A stretch of DNA of 64,000 nt from Nemertoderma westbladi (lineage: Eukaryota; Animalia; Xenacoelomorpha), in NCBI GenBank assembly GCA_032718475.1, contig JAUCBJ010001140.1, positions 124,001-188,000 of the forward strand. The letters are read 5' to 3'. Under the pieces are notes generated by a model. It made no database searches, was not told where the DNA came from, and saw only the letters and a program-made list of their open reading frames with translations. Position 1 is the first letter of the stretch, and each line of letters starts with the position of its first letter. Shown here piece after piece: positions 48,465 to 62,700 of the stretch. The translations under genes and the position numbers were made by a program.

Positions 48465-48666
48465 TCGACCTACGCGTAGGTAAGCGTAGTTCAGTAGTTC
48501 GCAACATTGGGTCATATATCACCAGTTTCAGAGTTTTAACATTAACTACGCGTAGGTGCTACGCGTAGATCCTACGCGACGTACGCTACGTATAACTACG
48601 CGTAGGTGCTATCGTATAACTATCGCTACGTATAACTACGCGTATAACTACGCGTAGGTGCTACCC
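48465..48666. repeat. Cluster of TACGCGTA palindromes, probably a MITE end
   Basis: CTACGCGTAG(G) repeated about six times, ending GGTGCTACCC. Confidence 0.55.
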
Positions 48667-48798
48667 ATAACTATGTCTATACGACGTTTATCATTAGTAG
48701 GGGGGGATTTTTTTGGGGAACCACTTCACCGGTAGACTGGTAGCTTATAACTGTAGAATATTTAAATAATCCAATGGAAACAAAGATACTTGAGTAAT

Positions 48799-49535
48799 TA
48801 TACGCATGTGATCCAGTGCGATAGATTATCATGCAAATCGTGTCTTTATATACGCATGTAATCCAGTGCAATAGATTATCATGCAAATCTTGTCTTTATA
48901 TACGCATGTGATCCCGTGTAATAGATTATCATGCAAATCTTGTCTTTATATACGCATGTGATTCAGTGCAATAGATTATCATGCAAATCTTGTCTTTATA
49001 TACGCATATGATCCAGTGCAATAGATTATCATGGAAATCTTGTCTTTATATACGCATGTGATTCAGTGCAATAGATTATCATGCAAATCTTGTCTTTATA
49101 TACGCATGTGATCCCGTGCAATAGATTATCATGCAAATCTTGTCTCTATATACGCATGTGATCCCGTGCAATAGATTATCATGCAAATCTTGTCTTTATA
49201 TACGCATGTGATCCCGTGCAATATATTATCATGCACATCTTGTCTTTATATACACTTGTGATCCCGTGCAATAGATTATCATGCAAATCTTGTCTTTATA
49301 TACGCATGTGATCCAGTGCAATCGATTATCATGCAAATCTTGTCTTTATATACGCATGTGATCCCGTGCAATAGATTATAATGCACATCTTGTCTTTATA
49401 TACGCATGTGATCCAGTGCAATAGATTATCATGCAAATCTTGTCTTTATATACGCATGTGATCCCGTGCAATAGATTATCATGCAAATCTTGTCTTTATA
49501 TACGCATGTGATTCAGAGCATTGGATTATCATGCG
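48799..49535. repeat. 50-bp tandem minisatellite, about 15 copies
   Basis: TACGCATGTGATCC(A/C)GTGCAATAGATTATCATGCAAATCTTGTCTTTATA in exact 50-bp register. Confidence 0.96.
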
Positions 49536-50525
49536 AATCATATCAAATTTTACACATTAAGTAATTCATTATGCATATGATTTATGTGTACCTCATTATA
49601 TTTTTACTTATTATACCTTGAAGGATCAACAAATTCTCAATGATACAAAACAACTTCTTCCACTGATTTAGATGGGCTACTTCGTTTATTAAAGAATAAC
49701 AAACTTTCAATACATTTCCTTTCAGGTTCACGATCCAAATATTTGTGTAGTCCTACTATCTATTGTTTTGTGTACCTGTATTAAAAATTAATTTGTACCG
49801 AACAACCTGTCAACGTTCACTAAATTGTCAATTTATCGTCTTGGTAGCCATACCATGGAATACATACGAATTTGTTCATAAAATAGTAGCATATATACAG
49901 TAGTATACTTAGATTCTAGTATTTCCTTTTTATTTCTAAAGACAGTAGGCCTATACCACGACCTATAATTCGGAAATTTGTATTTGTTTTTAATGAGCTC
50001 ATTGGCAATTGGTCGTATTGATTTTACAGTAGTAGGTTATTCTAAACTTGATAGGTCTATTGTTTTAAATGTTTTCTAATTACTTACAGATTGTAGGACT
50101 ATTGACGCAATTCCATTAAAGTCAGTCATTATAAACTCCTATGTGTAAATCCGAATTATCAACGTGCTTTTGGTAAAAAATAACACATCATTTCAACAAC
50201 GAAAATACATATTGTCTCTAAATAAAATACCTAAAGTAACCTTCGTATCTCTCGACCTTACTCACTACGTTCGATTAAGAATAAAGAGATCTCGGTACGA
50301 GTGGTAAATTAAGCATATTATATTATTTACGGGAGGCCTACAATAATAAATAGATTCAAATGAAAGTTATATCAGCAAAGAATACATTAATGTAGTTTTA
50401 TAGGCTTTACACATTACAATCAAAACATAAGAAATTTATTTTTAATCACGTATTATTTTTAAGTCTACAACCAAACATTAAAAAAGAAACTAGATAGGCC
50501 GGCCTAGTTTTTAAAATATGATTTT

Positions 50526-50717
50526 TTAACAAAGGGCTTCATCGTAGCAAGTGGCGTTACAAGAGGTGTCTGTAGGGGAACATGTGTCGCTCCCCGGTCC
50601 AGCACAAATGATGCCTTCTATTGATTCACATTCAGTATCAGGTAAAGTTGCCGCAATGTACTCAGGTAGACACAATGGCATTGATGTTGGGTATTCACAA
50701 TAGTCTATGTTCATAGT
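50526..50717 (-). CDS. Probable terminal coding exon of a host gene, Cys-rich C-terminal peptide
   Basis: Acceptor ATATTTCAG| at 50718, phase-0 frame TMNIDYCEYP...CYDEALC* with 8 Cys, raised GC, AATAAA on minus strand at 50435-50440. Confidence 0.62.
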   Translation of the reverse strand, partial: TMNIDYCEYPTSMPLCLPEYIAATLPDTECESIEGIICAGPGSDTCSPTDTSCNATCYDEALC

Positions 50718-50792
50718 CTGAAATATTAACATTGTTATAGAATAACCACACAGAATAATCCTTTGCTAATACAACATGAAATGTGGGAATTT

Positions 50793-53700
50793 AAGAACAT
50801 ACTTACCGTGTTCTGTGCCTATTATTGAGAACATACTTACCGTGTTCTGCGCCTACTATTGGGAACATACTTACCGTGTTCTGTGCCTATTATTGAGAAT
50901 ATACTTACCGTGATCTGCTTCTATTATTGAGAACATACTTACCGTGTTCTGCGCCTATTATTGAGAACATACTTACCGTGTTCTGCGCCTATTATTGAGA
51001 ACATATTTACCGTTGTTCTAGACTACTATTGAGAACATACTTACCGTGTTCTGTGCCTATTATTGAGAACATACTTACCGTGTTCTGCGCCTACTATTGG
51101 GAACATACTTACCGTGTTCTGTGCCTATTATTGAGAATATACTTACCGTGATCTGCTTCTATTATTGAGAACATACTTACCGTGTTCTGCGCCTATTATT
51201 GAGGACATACTTACCGTGTTCTAAAATATTAATGAGAACATACTTACCGTGTTTTAAAATATTAATGAGAACATACTTACCGTGTTCTATGCCTATTATT
51301 GAAAACATACTTACCGTGATCTGCTTCTATTATTGAGAACATACTTACCGTGTTCTAGACTACTATTGAGAACATACTTACCGTGTTGTGTGCCTATTAT
51401 TGAGAACATACTTACCGTGTTCTGGCCTACTATTGAGAACATACTTACCGTGTTCTGTGCCTATTATTGAGAACATACTTAACGTGTTCTGCGCCTACTA
51501 TTGGGAACATACTTACCGTGTTCTGTGTCTATTATTGAAAACATACTTACCGTGTTCTAGACTACTATTGAGAACATACTTACCGTGTTGTGTGCCTATT
51601 ATTGAGAACATACTTACCGTGTTCTGTGCCTATTATTAAGAACATACTTACCGTGATCTGCTTCTATTATTGAGAACATACTTACCGTGTTCTGGCCTAC
51701 TATTGAGAACATACTTACCGTGTTCTGTGCCTATTATTGAGAACATACTTAACGTGTTCTGCGCCTACTATTGGGAACATACTTACCGTGTTCTGTGTCT
51801 ATTATTGAAAACATACTTACCGTGTTCTAGACTACTATTGAGAACATACTTACCGTGTTCTGCGGCTATTATTAAGAACATACTTACCGTGTTCTAGACT
51901 ACTATTGAGAACATACTTACCGTGTTGTGTGCCTATTATTGAGAACATACTTACCGTGTTCTGGCCTACTATTGAGAACATACTTACCGTGTTCTGTGCC
52001 TATTATTGAGAACATACTTAACGTGTTCTGCGCCTACTATTGGGAACATACTTACCGTGTTCTGTGTCTATTATTGAAAACATACTTACCGTGTTCTAGA
52101 TTATTATTGAGAACATACTTAGCGTGTTCTAGACTACTATTGGGAACATACTTACCGTGTTCTGTGTCTATTATTGAAAACATACTTACCGTGTTCTATA
52201 CTACTATTGAGAACACACTTACCGTGTTCTGTGCCTATTATTGAGAACATACTTACCGTGTTCTGCGCCTACTATTGGGAACATACTTACCGTGTTCTGT
52301 GTCTATTATTGTAAACATACTTACCGTGTTCTATACTACTATTGAGAACATACTTACCGTGTTCTGCGCCTATTATTGAGAACATACTTAACGTGTTCTG
52401 CGCCTACTATTGGGAACATACTTACCGTGTTCTGTGTCTATTATTGAAAACATACTTACCGTGTTCTATACTATTATTGAGAACATACTTAACGTGTTCT
52501 GCGCCTACTATTGGGAACATACTTACCGTGTTCTGTGCCTATTATTGAGAATATACTTACCGTGTTCTGCGCTTATTATTGAGAACATTCTTACCGTGTT
52601 CTGAGCCTACTATTGAGAACATACTTACCGTGTTCTATACCTATTATTTAGAACATACTTAACGTGTTCTGTGCTTATTTTTGAGAACATACTTACCGTG
52701 TTCTAAAATATTAATGAGAACATACTTAACGTGTTCTGCGCCTACTATTGGGAACATACTTACCGTTTTCTGTGCCTATTATTTAGAACATACTTACCGT
52801 GTTCTGTGCCTATTATTGAAAACATACTTAACGTGTTCTGTGCTCATTTTTGAGAACATACTTACCGTGTTCTAAAATATTAATGAGAACATACTTACCG
52901 TGTTCTGCACCTATTATTGAGAACATATTTACCGTGGTTCTAGAATATTATTGAGAACATACTTTCCGTGTTCTGCACCTATTATTGAGAACATATTTAC
53001 CGTGGTTCTAGAATATTATTGAGAACATACTTACCGTGTTCTAGATTATTATTGAGAACATACTTACCGTGTTCTGTGCCTATTTTTGAGAACATACTTA
53101 CCGTGTTCTAAAATATTAATGAGAACATACTTACCGTGTTCTGCACCTATTATTGAGAACATATTTACCGTGGTTCTAGAATATTATTGAGAACATACTT
53201 ACCGTGTTCTGTGCCTATTATTGAGAACGTACTTACCGTGTTCTAGACTACTATTGAGAACATACTTATCGTGTTCTGTACTTATTACTGAGAACATACT
53301 TACCGTGTTCTGGCCTAATATTGAGAACATGCTTACCGTGTTCTGGCCTACTATTGAGAACATACTTACCGTGTTCTGTGCCTATTATTGAGAACATTCT
53401 TACCGTGTTCTGTGCCTATTATTGAGAACATACTTACCGTGTTCTAGATTATTATTGAGAACATACTTACCGTGTTCTAGATTATTATTGAGAACATACT
53501 TACCGTGTTCTGTGCCTATTATTAAGAACATACTTACCGTGTTCTAGATTATTATTGAGAACATACTTACCGTGTTCTAGACTACTATTGAGAACATACT
53601 TACCGTGTTCTGTGCCTATTATTGAGAACATACTTACCGTGTTCTAGACTACTATTGAGAACATACTTACCGTGATTTGTACTTATTATTGAGAACACAC

Positions 53701-56700
53701 TTACCGTGTTCTGTGCCTATTATTGAGAACATACTTACCGTGTTCTAAACTACTATTGAGAACATACTTACCGTGATGTGTGCCTATTATTAAGAACATA
53801 CTTACCGTGTTCTAGATTATTATTGAGAACATACTTACCGTGTTCTGTGCCTATTATTAAGAACATACTTACCGTGTTCTAGATTATTATTGAGAACATA
53901 CTTACCGTGTTCTAGACTACTATTGAGAACATACTTACCGTGATTTGTACTTATTATTGAGAACATACTTACCGTGTTCTGTGCCTATTATTAAGAACAT
54001 ACTTACCGTGTTCTCGATTATTATTGAGAACATACTTACCGTGTTCTGTGCCTATTATTAAGAACATACTTACCGTGTTCTAGATTATTATTGAGAACAT
54101 ACTTACCGTGTTCTAGACTACTATTGAGAACATACTTACCGTGATTTGTACTTATTATTGAGAACATACTTACCGTGTTCTGTGCCTATTATTGAGAACA
54201 TACTTACCGTGTTCTAAACTACTATTGAGAACATACTTACCGTGTTCTGTGCCTATTATTAAGAACATACTTACCGTGTTCTAGATTATTATTGAGAACA
54301 TACTTACCGTGTTCTGTGCCTATTATTGAGAACATACTTACCGTGTTCTAGATGCCTATTATTGAGAACATACTTACCGTGTTCTAGACTACTATTGAGA
54401 ACACACTTACCGTGTTCTGTGCCTATTATTGAGAACATACTTACCGTGTTCTAGACTACTATTGAGAACATACTTACCGTGTTCTAGATTATTATTGAGA
54501 ACATACTTACCGTGTTCTAGACTACTATTGAGAACACACTTACCGTGTTCTGTGCCTATTATTGAGAACATACTTACCGTGTTCTAGACTACTATTGAGA
54601 ACACACTTACCGTGTTCTGTGCCTATTATTGAGAACATACTTACCGTGTTCTAGACTACTATTGAGAACATACTTACCGTGTTCTAGATTATTATTGAGA
54701 ACATACTTACCGTGTTCTAGACTACTATTGAGAACACACTTACCGTGTTCTGTGCCTATTATTGAGAACATACTTACCGTGTTCTAGACTACTATTGAGA
54801 ACATACTTACCGTGTTCTAGACTACTATTGAGAACATACTTACCGTGATTTGTACTTATTATTGAGAACATACTTACCGTGTTCTAGATTATTATTGAGA
54901 ACATACTTACCGTGTTCTAGACTACTATTGAGAACATACTTACCGTGATTTGTACTTATTATTGAGAACATACTTACCGTGTTCTAGATTATTATTGAGA
55001 ACATACTTACCGTGTTCTGTGCCTATTATTGAGAACATACTTACCGTGTTCTGTGCCTATTATTGAGAACATACTTACCGTGTTCTAGATTATTATTGAG
55101 AACATACTTACCGTGTTCTGTGCCTATTATTAAGAACATACTTACCGTGTTCTGTGCCTATTATTGAGAACATACTTACCGTGTTCTAGATTATTATTGA
55201 GAACATACTTACCGTGTTCTAGATTATTATTGAGAACATACTTACCGTGTTCTGTGCCTATTATTGAGAACATACTTACCGTGTTCTAGATTATTATTGA
55301 GAACATACTTACCGTGTTCTGTGCCTATTATTGAGAACATACTTACCGTGTTCTGTGCCTATTATTGAGAACATACTTACCGTGTTCTAGATTATTATTG
55401 AGAACATACTTACCGTGTTCTGTGCCTATTATTGAGAACATACTTACCGTGTTCTGTGCCTATTATTGAGAACATACTTACCGTGTTCTAGATTATTATT
55501 GAGAACATACTTACCGTGTTCTGTGCCTATTATTGAGAACATACTTACCGTGTTCTGTGCCTATTATTGAGAACATTCCTACCGTGTTCTAGATTATTAT
55601 TGAGAACATACTTACCGTGTTCTAGACTACTATTGAGAACACACTTACCGTGTTCTGTGCCTATTATTGAGAACATACTTACCGTGTTCTAGACTACTAT
55701 TGAGAACACACTTACCGTGTTCTGTGCCTATTATTGAGAACATACTTACCGTGTTCTAGACTACTATTGAGAACATACTTACCGTGTTCTAGATTATTAT
55801 TGAGAACATACTTACCGTGTTCTAGACTACTATTGAGAACACACTTACCGTGTTCTGTGCCTATTATTGAGAACATACTTACCGTGTTCTAGACTACTAT
55901 TGAGAACATACTTACCGTGTTCTAGACTACTATTGAGAACATACTTACCGTGATTTGTACTTATTATTGAGAACATACTTACCGTGTTCTAGATTATTAT
56001 TGAGAACATACTTACCGTGTTCTAGACTACTATTGAGAACATACTTACCGTGATTTGTACTTATTATTGAGAACATACTTACCGTGTTCTAGATTATTAT
56101 TGAGAACATACTTACCGTGTTCTAGACTACTATTGAGAACATACTTACCGTGTTCTGTGCCTATTATTGAGAACATACTTACCGTGTTCTAGATTATTAT
56201 TGAGAACATACTTACCGTGTTCTGTGCCTATTATTAAGAACATACTTACCGTGTTCTAGATTATTATTGAGAACATACTTACCGTGTTCTGTGCCTATTA
56301 TTGAGAACACTTACCGTGTTCTGTGCCTATTATTAAGAACATACTTACCGTGTTCTAGATTATTATTGAGAACATACTTACCGTGTTCTAGACTACTATT
56401 GAGAACATACTTACCGTGTTCTGTGCCTATTATTAAGAACATACTTACCGTGTTCTAGATTATTATTGAGAACATACTTACCGTGTTCTGTGCCTATTAT
56501 TGAGAACATACTTACCGTGTTCTGTGCCTATTATTAAGAACATACTTACCGTGTTCTAGACTACTATTGGGAACATACTTACCGTGTTCTAGACTACTAT
56601 TGAGAACATACTTACCGTGTTCTGTGCCTATTATTAAGAACATACTTACCGTGTTCTAGATTATTATTGAGAACATACTTACCGTGTTCTAGACTACTAT

Positions 56701-59700
56701 TGAGAACATACTTACCGTGTTCTGTGCCTATTATTAAGAACATACTTACCGTGTTCTAGATTATTATTGAGAACATACTTACCGTGTTCTGTGCCTATTA
56801 TTGAGAACATACTTACCGTGTTCTGTGCCTATTATTAAGAACATACTTACCATGTTCTAGACTACTATTGGGAACATACTTACCGTGTTCTGCGCCTACT
56901 ATTGGGAACATACTTACCGTGTTCTGTGCCTATTATTGAGAACATACTTACCGTGTTCTAGATTATTATTGAGAACATACTTACCGTGTTCTGTGCCTAT
57001 TATTGAGAACATACTTACCGTGTTCTGTGCCTATTATTAAGAACATACTTATCGTGTTCTAGATTATTATTGAGAACATACTTACCGTGTTCTGTGCCTA
57101 TTATTGAGAACACTTACCGTGTTCTGTGCCTATTATTAAGAACATACTTACCGTGTTCTAGATTATTATTGAGAACATACTTACCGTGTTCTAGACTACT
57201 ATTGAGAACATACTTACCGTGTTCTGTGCCTATTATTGAGAACATACTTACCGTGTTCTAGATTATTATTGAGAACATACTTACCGTGTTCTGTGCCTAT
57301 TATTAAGAACATACTTACCGTGTTCTAGATTATTATTGAGAACATACTTACCGTGTTCTGTGCCTATTATTGAGAACACTTACCGTGTCCTGTGCCTATT
57401 ATTAAGAACATACTTACCGTGTTCTAGATTATTATTGAGAACATACTTACCGTGTTCTAGACTACTATTGAGAACATACTTACCGTGTTCTGTGCCTATT
57501 ATTAAGAACATACTTACCGTGTTCTAGATTATTATTGAGAACATACTTACCGTGTTCTGTGCCTATTATTGAGAACATACTTACCGTGTTCTGTCCTATT
57601 ATTAAGAACATACTTACCGTGTTCTAGACTACTATTGGGAACATACTTACCGTGTTCTAGACTACTATTGAGAACATACTTACCGTGTTCTGTGCCTATT
57701 ATTAAGAACATACTTACCGTGTTCTAGATTATTATTGAGAACATACTTACCGTGTTCTAGACTACTATTGAGAACATACTTACCGTGTTCTGTGCCTATT
57801 ATTAAGAACATACTTACCGTGTTCTAGATTATTATTGAGAACCTACTTACCGTGTTCTGTGCCTATTATTGAGAACATACTTACCGTGTTCTGTGCCTAT
57901 TATTAAGAACATACTTACCATGTTCTAGACTACTATTGGGAACATACTTACCGTGTTCTGCGCCTACTATTGGGAACATACTTACCGTGTTCTGTGCCTA
58001 TTATTGAGAACATACTTACCGTGTTCTAGATTATTATTGAGAACATACTTACCGTGTTCTGTGCCTATTATTGAGAACATACTTACCGTGTTCTGTGCCT
58101 ATTATTAAGAACATACTTATCGTGTTCTAGATTATTATTGAGAACATACTTACCGTGTTCTGTGCCTATTATTGAGAACACTTACCGTGTTCTGTGCCTA
58201 TTATTAAGAACATACTTACCGTGTTCTAGATTATTATTGAGAACATACTTACCGTGTTCTAGACTACTATTGAGAACATACTTACCGTGTTCTGTGCCTA
58301 TTATTAAGAACATACTTACCGTGTTCTAGATTATTATTAAGAACATACTTACCGTGTTCTAGACTACTATTGAGAACATACTTACCGTGTTCTGTGCCTA
58401 TTATTAAGAACATACTTACCGTGTTCTGTGCCTATTATTGAGAACATACTTACCGTGATCTGTACTTATTATTGAGAACATACTTACCGTGTTCTAGATT
58501 ATTATTGAGAACATACTTACCGTGTTCTGTGCCTATTATTGAGAACATACTTACCGTGTTCTGTGCCTATTATTAAGAACATACTTACCGTGTTCTAGAC
58601 TACTATTGAGAACATACTTACCGTGATTTGTACTTATTATTGAGAACATACTTACCGTGTTCTAGATTATTATTGAGAACATACTTACCGTGTTCTGTGC
58701 CTATTATTGAGAACATACTTACCGTGTTCTGTGCCTATTATTAAGAACATACTTACCGTGTTCTAGATTATTATTGAGAACATACTTACCGTGTTCTGTG
58801 CCTATTATTGAGAACACTTACCGTGTTCTGTGCCTATTATTAAGAACATACTTACCGTGTTCTAGATTATTATTGAGAACATACTTACCGTGTTCTGTGC
58901 CTATTATTGAGAACACTTACCATGTTCTAGACTACTATTGAGAACATACTTACCGTGTTCTAGACTACTATTGAGAACATACTTACCGTGATTTGTACTT
59001 ATTATTGAGAACATACTTACCGTGTGCTAGATTATTATTGAGAACATACTTACCGTGTTCTAGACTACTATTGAGAACATACTTACCGTGTTCTGTGCCT
59101 ATTATTAAGAACATACTTACCGTGTTCTAGATTATTATTGAGAACATACTTACCGTGTTCTGTGTCTATTATTGAGAACATACTTACCGTGTTCTGTGCC
59201 TATTATTAAGAACATACTTACCGTGTTCTAGATTATTATTGAGAACATACTTACCGTGATCTGTACTTATTATTGAGAACATACTTACCGTGTTCTAGAC
59301 TATTATTGAGAACATACTTACCGTGTTCTAGACTATTATTGAGAACATACTTACCGTGTTCTAGACTACTATTGAGAACATACTTACCGTGATTTGTACT
59401 TATTATTGAGAACACTTACCGTGTTCTAGATTATTATTGAGAACATACTTACCGTGTTCTGTGCCTATTATTGAGAACATACTTACCGTGTTCTGTGCCT
59501 ATTATTAAGAACATACTTACCATGTTCTAGATTATTATTGAGAACATACTTACCGTGATCTGTACTTATTATTGAGAACATACTTACCGTGTTCTGTGCC
59601 TATTATTAAGAACATACTTACCGTGTTCTAGATTATTATTGAGAACATACTTACCGTGTTCTGTGCCTATTATTGAGAACACTTACCGTGTTCTGTGCCT

Positions 59701-62700
59701 ATTATTAAGAACATACTTACCGTGTTCTAGATTATTATTGAGAACATACTTAACGTGTTCTGTGCCTATTATGGAGAACATACTTACCGTGTTCTGTGCC
59801 TATTATTAAGAACATACTTACCGTGTTCTAGATTATTATTGAGAACATACTTACCGTGTTCTGTGCCTATTATTGAGAACATACTTACCGTGTTCTGTGC
59901 CTATTATTAAGAACATACTTACCGTGTTCTAGATTATTATTGAGAACATACTTACCGTGTTCTAGACTACTATTGAGAACATACTTACCGTGTTCTGTGC
60001 CTATTATTGAGAACATACTTACCGTGTTCTAGATTATTATTGAGAACATACTTAACGTGTTCTGTGCCTATTATTGAGAACATACTTACCGTGTTCTGTG
60101 CCTATTATTAAGAACATACTTACCGTGTTCTAGACTACTATTGAGAACATACTTACCGTGTTCTGTGCCTATTATTGAGAACATACTTACCGTGTTCTGT
60201 GCCTATTATTAAGAACATACTTACCGTGTTCTAGATTATTATTGAGAACATACTTACCGTGTTCTGTGCCTATTATTGAGAACACTTACCGTGTTCTGTG
60301 CCTATTATTAAGAACATACTTACCGTGTTCTAGATTATTATTAAGAACATACTTACCGTGTTCTAGACTACTATTGAGAACATACTTACCGTGTTCTAGA
60401 CTACTATTTATTGAGAACATACTTACCGTGATTTGTACTTATTATTGAGAACATACTTACCGTGTTCTAGATTATTATTGAGAACATACTTACCGTGTTC
60501 TAGACTACTATTGAGAACATACTTACCGTGATTTGTACTTATTATTGAGAACATACTTACCGTGTTCTAGATTATTATTGAGAACATACTTACCGTGATC
60601 TGTACTTATTATTGAGAACACACTTACCGTGTTCTGTTCCTATTATTGAGAACATACTTACCGTGATCTGCTTCTATTATTGAGATCATACTTACCGTGT
60701 TCTGTGCCTATTATTGAGAACATACTTACCGTGTTCTGTGCCTATTATTAAGAACATACTTACCATGTTCTAGACTACTATTGAGAACATACTTACCGTG
60801 ATTTGTACTTATTATTGAGAACATACTTACCGTGTTCTAGATTATTATTGAGAACATACTTACCGTGATCTGTACTTATTATTGAGAAAACACTTACCGT
60901 GTTCTGTTCCTATTATTGAGAACATACTTACCGTGATCTGCTTCTATTATTGAGATCATACTTACCGTGTTCTGTGCCTATTATTGAGAACATACTTACC
61001 GTGTTCTGTGCCTATTATTGAGAACATACTTACCGTGTTCTGTGCCTATTATTAAGAACATACTTACCGTGTTCTAGACTACTATTGAGAACATACTTAC
61101 CGTGTTCTGTGCCTATTATTGAGAACATACTTACCGTGTTCTGTGCCTATTATTAAGAACATACTTACCGTGTTCTAGATTATTATTGAGAACATACTTA
61201 CCGTGTTCTGTGCCTATTATTGAGAACACTTACCGTGTTCTGTGCCTATTATTAAGAACATACTTACCGTGTTCTAGATTATTATTGAGAACATACTTAA
61301 CGTGTTCTGTGCCTATTATTAAGAACATACTTACCGTGTTCTGCGCCTATTATTAAGAACATACTTACCGTGTTCTAGACTACTATTGAGAACATACTTA
61401 CCGTGTTCTAGACTACTATTGAGAACATACTTACCGTGATTTGTACTTATTATTGAGAACATACTTACCGTGTTCTAGATTATTATTGAGAACATACTTA
61501 CCGTGATCTGTACTTATTATTGAGAACACACTTACCGTGTTCTGTTCCTATTATTGAGAACATACTTACCGTGTTCTAGACTACTATTGAGAATATACTT
61601 ACCGTGTTCTAGACTACTATTGAGAACATACTTACCGTGATTTGTACTTATTATTGAGAACATACTTACCGTGTTCTAGATTATTATTGAGAACATACTT
61701 ACCGTGATCTGTACTTATTATTGAGAACACACTTACCGTGTTCTGTTCCTATTATTGAGAACATACTTACCGTGTTCTAGACTACTATTGAGAACATACT
61801 TACCGTGTTCTAGACTACTATTGAGAACATACTTACCGTGATTTGTACTTATTATTGAGAACATACTTACCGTGTTCTAGATTATTATTGAGAACATACT
61901 TACCGTGATCTGTACTTATTATTGAGAACACACTTACCGTGTTCTGTTCCTATTATTGAGAACATACTTACCGTGTTCTAGATCTATTATTGAGAACATA
62001 CTTACCGTGTTCTGTGCCTATTATTAAGAACATACTTACCGTGTTCTGTGCCTATTATTGAGAACATACTTACCGTGTTCTAGACTACTATTGAGAACAT
62101 ACTTACCGTGTTTGTACTATTATTGAGAACATACTTACCGTGTTCTAGACTACTATTGAGAACATACTTACCGTGTTCTGTGCCTATTATTGAGAACATA
62201 CTTACCGTGTTCTGTGCCTATTATTAAGAACATACTTACCGTGTTCTAGATTATTATTGAGAACATACTTACCGTGTTCTGTGCCTATTATTGAGAACAT
62301 ACTTACCGTGTTCTGTGCCTATTATTAAGAACATACTTACCGTGTTCTAGATTATTATTGAGAACATACTTAACGTGTTCTGTGCCTATTATTAAGAACA
62401 TACTTACCGTGTTCTGTGCCTATTATTAAGAACATACTTACCGTGTTCTAGACTACTATTGAGAACATACTTACCGTGTTCTAGACTACTATTGAGAACA
62501 TACTTACCGTGATTTGTACTTATTATTGAGAACATACTTACCGTGTTCTAGATTATTATTGAGAACATACTTACCGTGATCTGTACTTATTATTGAGAAC
62601 ACACTTACCGTGTTCTGTTCCTATTATTAGAACATACTTACCGTGTTCTAGACTACTATTGAGAACATACTTACCGTGTTCTAGACTACTATTGAGAACA

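Noticed and set aside
50800-50810. U1 snRNA genes (ATACTTACC start)
   Set aside because: Only the first 9 nt match; no U1 stem-loops or Sm site follow
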